From a virus (lineage: Duplodnaviria; Caudoviricetes), in the IMG/VR virus record IMGVR_UViG_3300020528_000009, positions 1 to 29,948 of that record: a stretch of DNA of 29,948 bases; one strand, 5' to 3'. Each line of letters opens with the position of its first letter. Position 1 is the stretch's first letter. Of the stretch, positions 26,569 to 29,948 are shown piece by piece. Position numbers and translations under genes: made by a program. The notes beneath the pieces are model-generated. The model had not been told where the DNA came from. It saw only the letters and a list, made by a program, of their open reading frames with translations, and searched no databases.

Positions 26569-26642
26569 ACCGAATGGTCCGAACGGTTTGACGGAAGAAA
26601 TCTTATAAGTTTCCTGAACAGGTTCAATTCCTGTATTCGGTA
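26569..26642 (+). tRNA. tRNA-Ile(UAU)
   Basis: Acceptor ACCGAAT/ATTCGGT+A, D stem TCCG/CGGA, anticodon arm GAAAT-CTTATAA-GTTTC, T arm ACAGG-TTCAATT-CCTGT; G at position 8; no encoded CCA. Confidence 0.82.
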
Positions 26643-26677
26643 CAAATCCTTTTAGATAAAGGATAAGAACTATCATT

Positions 26678-26686
26678 TGATACAAT
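26678..26686 (+). promoter_or_regulatory. putative extended -10 promoter
   Basis: TGaTACAAT upstream of the Rpf-like gene leader. Confidence 0.5.
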
Positions 26687-26865
26687 GGTAAGACTATATA
26701 TTTCACTTAGGAGGTGATGCTTATTGATATAACTTTGTAAAACAAGTAGCATTAAAAATGATGCAGTTAATCTTGTTTTGCAACCTTAGCGTATGCTAAA
26801 ACAATTAATCAAGATGTTTGTAGACATTATTGGTTTGTTGAAAACAAAAGTTTTAAGGAGCAAAA

Positions 26866-27528
26866 ATGAAAACTAATCATAAAATAAAAAACATGCTGTT
26901 ATGTACAGCATTATTAATTGGAATTACGGCAACGAATGCCTCAGCAAAACAGAATAAAACTGAAGTAATTCCAACACTCGCTTTTAGCGAAAATGGAAAA
27001 CCAAGAGCATTAGATTTATATTGGCATAGAATGGCACAATGTGAAACTGGTGGTGATTGGAAAGATAAGGGAACTTGGTCAGGTGGTTTAGGAATATATA
27101 AACAAACCTGGTCAGGTTATGGTGGAAAAGAATTTGCACCAAAACCAGAACTTGCAACAATAGATGAACAAATTATTATTGCAAATAGGATCTCAACTCA
27201 GGGATATCAAACAAAAAATGAATTCCGGACATTTGAGGACAGACAAAAGAATAAACCATTCTTTAGAGAACCAGTAGGCTTTGGCGGCTGGGGTTGTAAA
27301 AAAAATGTTGGAAATCCAGTTTTGTTTAAAAAATTCCCTGCAAAAACACTTCTTCGTGAATATCATCTTGGCGAAAGAAGTAAGTATGTATTTGGTATAC
27401 AGAAAATTATTGGCGTTAAGTTTGTAGATGGTTATTTCGGACCATATACAGATTCCGTTTACAATAAGTTTATGAGCAAATACAGAAAATATCTAATTGC
27501 TGAATACGAGAAGTATAAAACTCAGTAG
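26866..27528 (+). CDS. secreted Rpf-like lytic transglycosylase with PG-binding-like C-terminus
   Basis: Signal peptide ending NASA; WHRMAQCETGGDW, GGLGI...TW..YGG..FA..P..AT..EQI.IA.R; C-terminal IQKIIG...DGYFGP.T. Confidence 0.85.
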   Translation: MKTNHKIKNMLLCTALLIGITATNASAKQNKTEVIPTLAFSENGKPRALDLYWHRMAQCETGGDWKDKGTWSGGLGIYKQTWSGYGGKEFAPKPELATIDEQIIIANRISTQGYQTKNEFRTFEDRQKNKPFFREPVGFGGWGCKKNVGNPVLFKKFPAKTLLREYHLGERSKYVFGIQKIIGVKFVDGYFGPYTDSVYNKFMSKYRKYLIAEYEKYKTQ

Positions 27529-27540
27529 TAAGCAAAAAGA

Positions 27541-27609
27541 ACGGTTGATTGTTACCGTAAAACCTCATGCCTGACATATGTGTGAATAAAAACAATCAAT
27601 ATGTCAACC
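27541..27609 (+). ncRNA. candidate double-pseudoknot RNA
   Basis: Two hairpins whose loops each pair perfectly (8 bp) with adjacent segments of the 3' tail. Confidence 0.6.
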
Positions 27610-27610
27610 C

Positions 27611-27682
27611 GCTTCTATAGTTAAAGGGATATAACTACGGACTTCTAATCCGTTATTTTAGGTTCGAATCCTAATGGAAGCA
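27611..27682 (+). tRNA. tRNA-Arg(UCU)
   Basis: Acceptor GCTTCTA/TGGAAGC+A, D stem GTTA/TAAC, ACGGA-CTTCTAA-TCCGT, TTAGG-TTCGAAT-CCTAA. Confidence 0.9.
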
Positions 27683-27684
27683 CT

Positions 27685-27740
27685 GAGAGATTAAGTATAG
27701 GTTTGTAACTGGATATTCCTACCTATGCTTAATCTCTTTT
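27685..27740 (+). terminator. long hairpin with short U-tract after tRNA-Arg
   Basis: GAGAGATTAAGTATAGGT / ACCTATGCTTAATCTCTT then TT. Confidence 0.65.
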
Positions 27741-27845
27741 CGTATCCCCAAAAACAAATAAGGAAAGGTTAACCGATTTGAGCGCATACTCAATTTACCT
27801 AAATAGTAACAATAAACAAGATGGCGTAAGCCAAAAGGAAAGAAA

Positions 27846-28262
27846 ATGACAAGTAATTATATTATAAGAAAAAACTTTATAGAAGCTGCCCGAAATCTTT
27901 GGAAGCCATTTGTAGAATTAACTACTGCTTGGCATGAATTATCATTTGAAGATAATACAGAGACATCAATTGGTTATCCGTTTAGCGGATCTTTTGATGA
28001 ATGGATTTATTCCTATAGTGAATGGCTCAATAGATTAGATGAAAAGTTTTCTTTACAGACAGAAGGTTTCCACCCAACAATTATGGTTAAAGACTTGAAA
28101 GCTATTCTCGATAAGTTAGACGATGACACTCACATAGTTATTAGAGATGAAAAAAGTGATTGGTGGTTAAACATTGATTCACTAGATTTACCAGATGAAG
28201 ATAATGGAAACATTACACTTACATTTAATCCAAAAAATAATTTTGATAACAGACAGTTCTAA
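27846..28262 (+). CDS. hypothetical protein
   Basis: AAGGA SD; C-terminal 'VKDL...L..LDDD..IVI' small phage domain. Confidence 0.7.
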   Translation: MTSNYIIRKNFIEAARNLWKPFVELTTAWHELSFEDNTETSIGYPFSGSFDEWIYSYSEWLNRLDEKFSLQTEGFHPTIMVKDLKAILDKLDDDTHIVIRDEKSDWWLNIDSLDLPDEDNGNITLTFNPKNNFDNRQF

Positions 28263-28277
28263 AGAAAAGGAAATAAC

Positions 28278-28535
28278 ATGAGAACAAATATGAGTTGGTC
28301 AATTGATGATATTGAAGTACAAGATCAATATATTGAAACAGAAAATTATGAAGCATTAGCTATCTTTCACGCAGATTGTGCAAGTCAGTTAATGCTTTCA
28401 ATGAAACCAGAACAGGGAGTGTTCTATAATACAACTCCTTTCCCTTTTATTGAAGCACAAATTCACGCTCAGCTTTCAATAGCATTTGCAAATCTAGCAA
28501 CATCTAGAAAATTGGAGAACAATGAGAAAAAGTAA
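28278..28535 (+). CDS. hypothetical protein
   Basis: AAGGA SD. Confidence 0.65.
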   Translation: MRTNMSWSIDDIEVQDQYIETENYEALAIFHADCASQLMLSMKPEQGVFYNTTPFPFIEAQIHAQLSIAFANLATSRKLENNEKK

Positions 28536-28728
28536 AATGGTAAAGCTAATCATTGAAGCAATACAAAGACCAGGAGAAGATTATACAGATGGAGAATGTA
28601 TGGATGAAGTAGTTCGTATTATTGAGAAAGCTGGCTATGACTTTAAATGGGAAGAATGGCACAAGACATTGGATAAAAATACTGGTCATAGATTACTGCC
28701 TGTATCTGAGTATAGGAAAGAACAATGA
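28522..28728 (+). CDS. hypothetical protein
   Basis: GGAG SD; TDGEC.D motif. Confidence 0.65.
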   Translation: MRKSKMVKLIIEAIQRPGEDYTDGECMDEVVRIIEKAGYDFKWEEWHKTLDKNTGHRLLPVSEYRKEQ

Positions 28729-28907
28729 AGAAGCAATTCATAGTAACTAAGTTTTATCATTATGCAGAAATGTATGATGTTGAAGCTGAAACAGAAAAAG
28801 AAGCAATTGAAAAATTAGATGAAGGACTTTTGAGTGGTGAATTTGGTGAGCCAGATGATATCTATCAAGAGTTTGATTTTTATGAAGCACAGGAGATGAA
28901 AAAATGA
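28725..28907 (+). CDS. small acidic hypothetical protein
   Basis: VEAETEKEAIE motif; ATGA overlap. Confidence 0.65.
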   Translation: MKKQFIVTKFYHYAEMYDVEAETEKEAIEKLDEGLLSGEFGEPDDIYQEFDFYEAQEMKK

Positions 28908-29191
28908 ATTCAATAGAAGCACAAGAGATTATAGGAAAGATTAGAAAAGTAGATTGGTATTACAATTACTCAGATGATTATTCAGTATGGAAAAGAGGCG
29001 AAGCATCAATGAGTGAAATAAAACATTTTGCTAAAAGCAGAGAATGGTCTGCTGATGATATTGCTACTCTAAAACTTGAAGTAAATAATCTAGCCAATCT
29101 TCAAATGTTCAAAACCGAAGAAAGAAAGCAAGAGTTTACTGCAGCTTGGATTGAAAAAATAGATTATCTATTCAAAGTAAAGGAGTCATAA
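28904..29191 (+). CDS. conserved phage hypothetical protein
   Basis: DWYY.YSDD.SVW.RG motif. Confidence 0.75.
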   Translation: MNSIEAQEIIGKIRKVDWYYNYSDDYSVWKRGEASMSEIKHFAKSREWSADDIATLKLEVNNLANLQMFKTEERKQEFTAAWIEKIDYLFKVKES

Positions 29192-29442
29192 TGACCAAAG
29201 AATTTGATGAGGAATGGCCTACAAGAATCAATGTAATTAAAACAATTACATATGAGACAGAACATATTTACAATCAGATACTAGAAGACAATAGGTCTAC
29301 TGGTAATGATATTGAAGTCGGCTTAGACGACATTATTGAAATGATTCATCATTATGCAAATGATGATTTTAGTTGTGGCTGGGGTCACAAAGCAGATATG
29401 AATGATCTTATCTTTATGGATGAAAATGGAGAAGAATACTAA
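29191..29442 (+). CDS. acidic hypothetical protein
   Basis: AAGGAG SD. Confidence 0.7.
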   Translation: MTKEFDEEWPTRINVIKTITYETEHIYNQILEDNRSTGNDIEVGLDDIIEMIHHYANDDFSCGWGHKADMNDLIFMDENGEEY

Positions 29443-29645
29443 TGCAAAGAAAAATGCAAATGTTTACAGTTACAGCAACAGGTACATATTTTGTTGAAGC
29501 AATGAGTCACGGAGAAGCTCAAGATATGGTTTATGAAGCATTGTTAGGTAGAAATAGTGAATCTGTTTTAGGTAGTGGAGAAGTTCACTATGGAATTAGA
29601 TCTGTAGAAGGATACCATACAACTATAGAAGAGGATAAAAAGTGA
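29442..29645 (+). CDS. small hypothetical protein
   Basis: TAATG overlap; VEA....EA motif. Confidence 0.6.
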   Translation: MQRKMQMFTVTATGTYFVEAMSHGEAQDMVYEALLGRNSESVLGSGEVHYGIRSVEGYHTTIEEDKK

Positions 29646-29650
29646 GAATT

Positions 29651-29948
29651 ATGTCAACGAATATTAATGAAGAAGAAATAATTGGATTTCCATTTGAATT
29701 AACAAACGAATGTATTTGTCAAGATTATAATGAAGAAACTGAATCATTTACTTCTTCATCAGATTGTTATGGAGATTGCTTTAATGATCAGTTGGACTAT
29801 TTTACTATGGCTACAAAAGAACTATTTGACAATAGTGAAACATCTTGGTGGAAAGTATCAAACTTAAAACTATGGGATGGTAATCATAGTGGTTTATTTT
29901 ATGCCGAAAGTATTGAACAATTGGTTGAAGGTATGACTGTTCGCAGTG
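29651..29948 (+). CDS. hypothetical protein, 3' truncated by window
   Basis: Open frame MSTNINEEEIIGFPFELTNECIC... to the window end. Confidence 0.65.
   Translation, partial: MSTNINEEEIIGFPFELTNECICQDYNEETESFTSSSDCYGDCFNDQLDYFTMATKELFDNSETSWWKVSNLKLWDGNHSGLFYAESIEQLVEGMTVRS

Noticed and set aside
1327-26706. All minus-strand ORFs and most short alternative-frame + ORFs in the track
   Set aside because: They shadow well-supported + strand genes or tRNAs and show no recognisable motifs; only 3642-4025 has independent support.
27541-27609. Pistol ribozyme identity for the pseudoknot element
   Set aside because: The P1-loop pseudoknot and A-rich linker are similar, but the conserved GCG after the pseudoknot and the P3/GU cleavage junction are absent.
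26643-27740. Theta (HDV-like) ribozymes 3' of the tRNAs
   Set aside because: Trailers are simple hairpins (ATCCTTT/AAAGGAT; 18-bp stem) without the nested HDV double-pseudoknot.
27765-27810. SAM-II/V-like string TAACCGATTTGAGCGC
   Set aside because: No 5' P1 partner strand or matching 3' pseudoknot tail; only a small TTGAG/CTCAA hairpin.

Overview
Fragment of a large, AT-rich tailed-phage (Caudoviricetes) genome, densely coded and entirely on the + strand in the standard code. The host is probably an actinobacterium (WhiB, Rpf-like transglycosylase, actinobacterial-type ferredoxin, apparent leaderless genes); this is inference. Left part (1-12576): recombination, modification and packaging module with RecA-like recombinase, thermonuclease, ferredoxin, C5 DNA methyltransferase with a nested alternative-frame gene, Cas4-like exonuclease, RuvC-like resolvase, YkgJ-type Cys-cluster protein, three glycosyltransferases, and probable TerS and TerL separated by 34-35 bp tandem repeats. 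A non-coding gap (12577-13036) holds long G-U-containing hairpins and short repeats. Right part (13037-end): early/host-takeover-like array of small, often acidic hypothetical genes with WhiB, a DUF1281/YubB-like protein, an apparently circularly permuted GHKL-ATPase/HEXXH protein and an HNH nuclease. Best candidate for an undescribed system (26569-27740): tRNA-Ile(UAU), a promoter, a perfect Shine-Dalgarno followed by a TTG-ATA-TAA minigene, a structured leader, a secreted Rpf-like gene, a predicted double-pseudoknot RNA, tRNA-Arg(UCU) and a terminator. All calls are from reading motifs by eye; no searches or folding programs were run.
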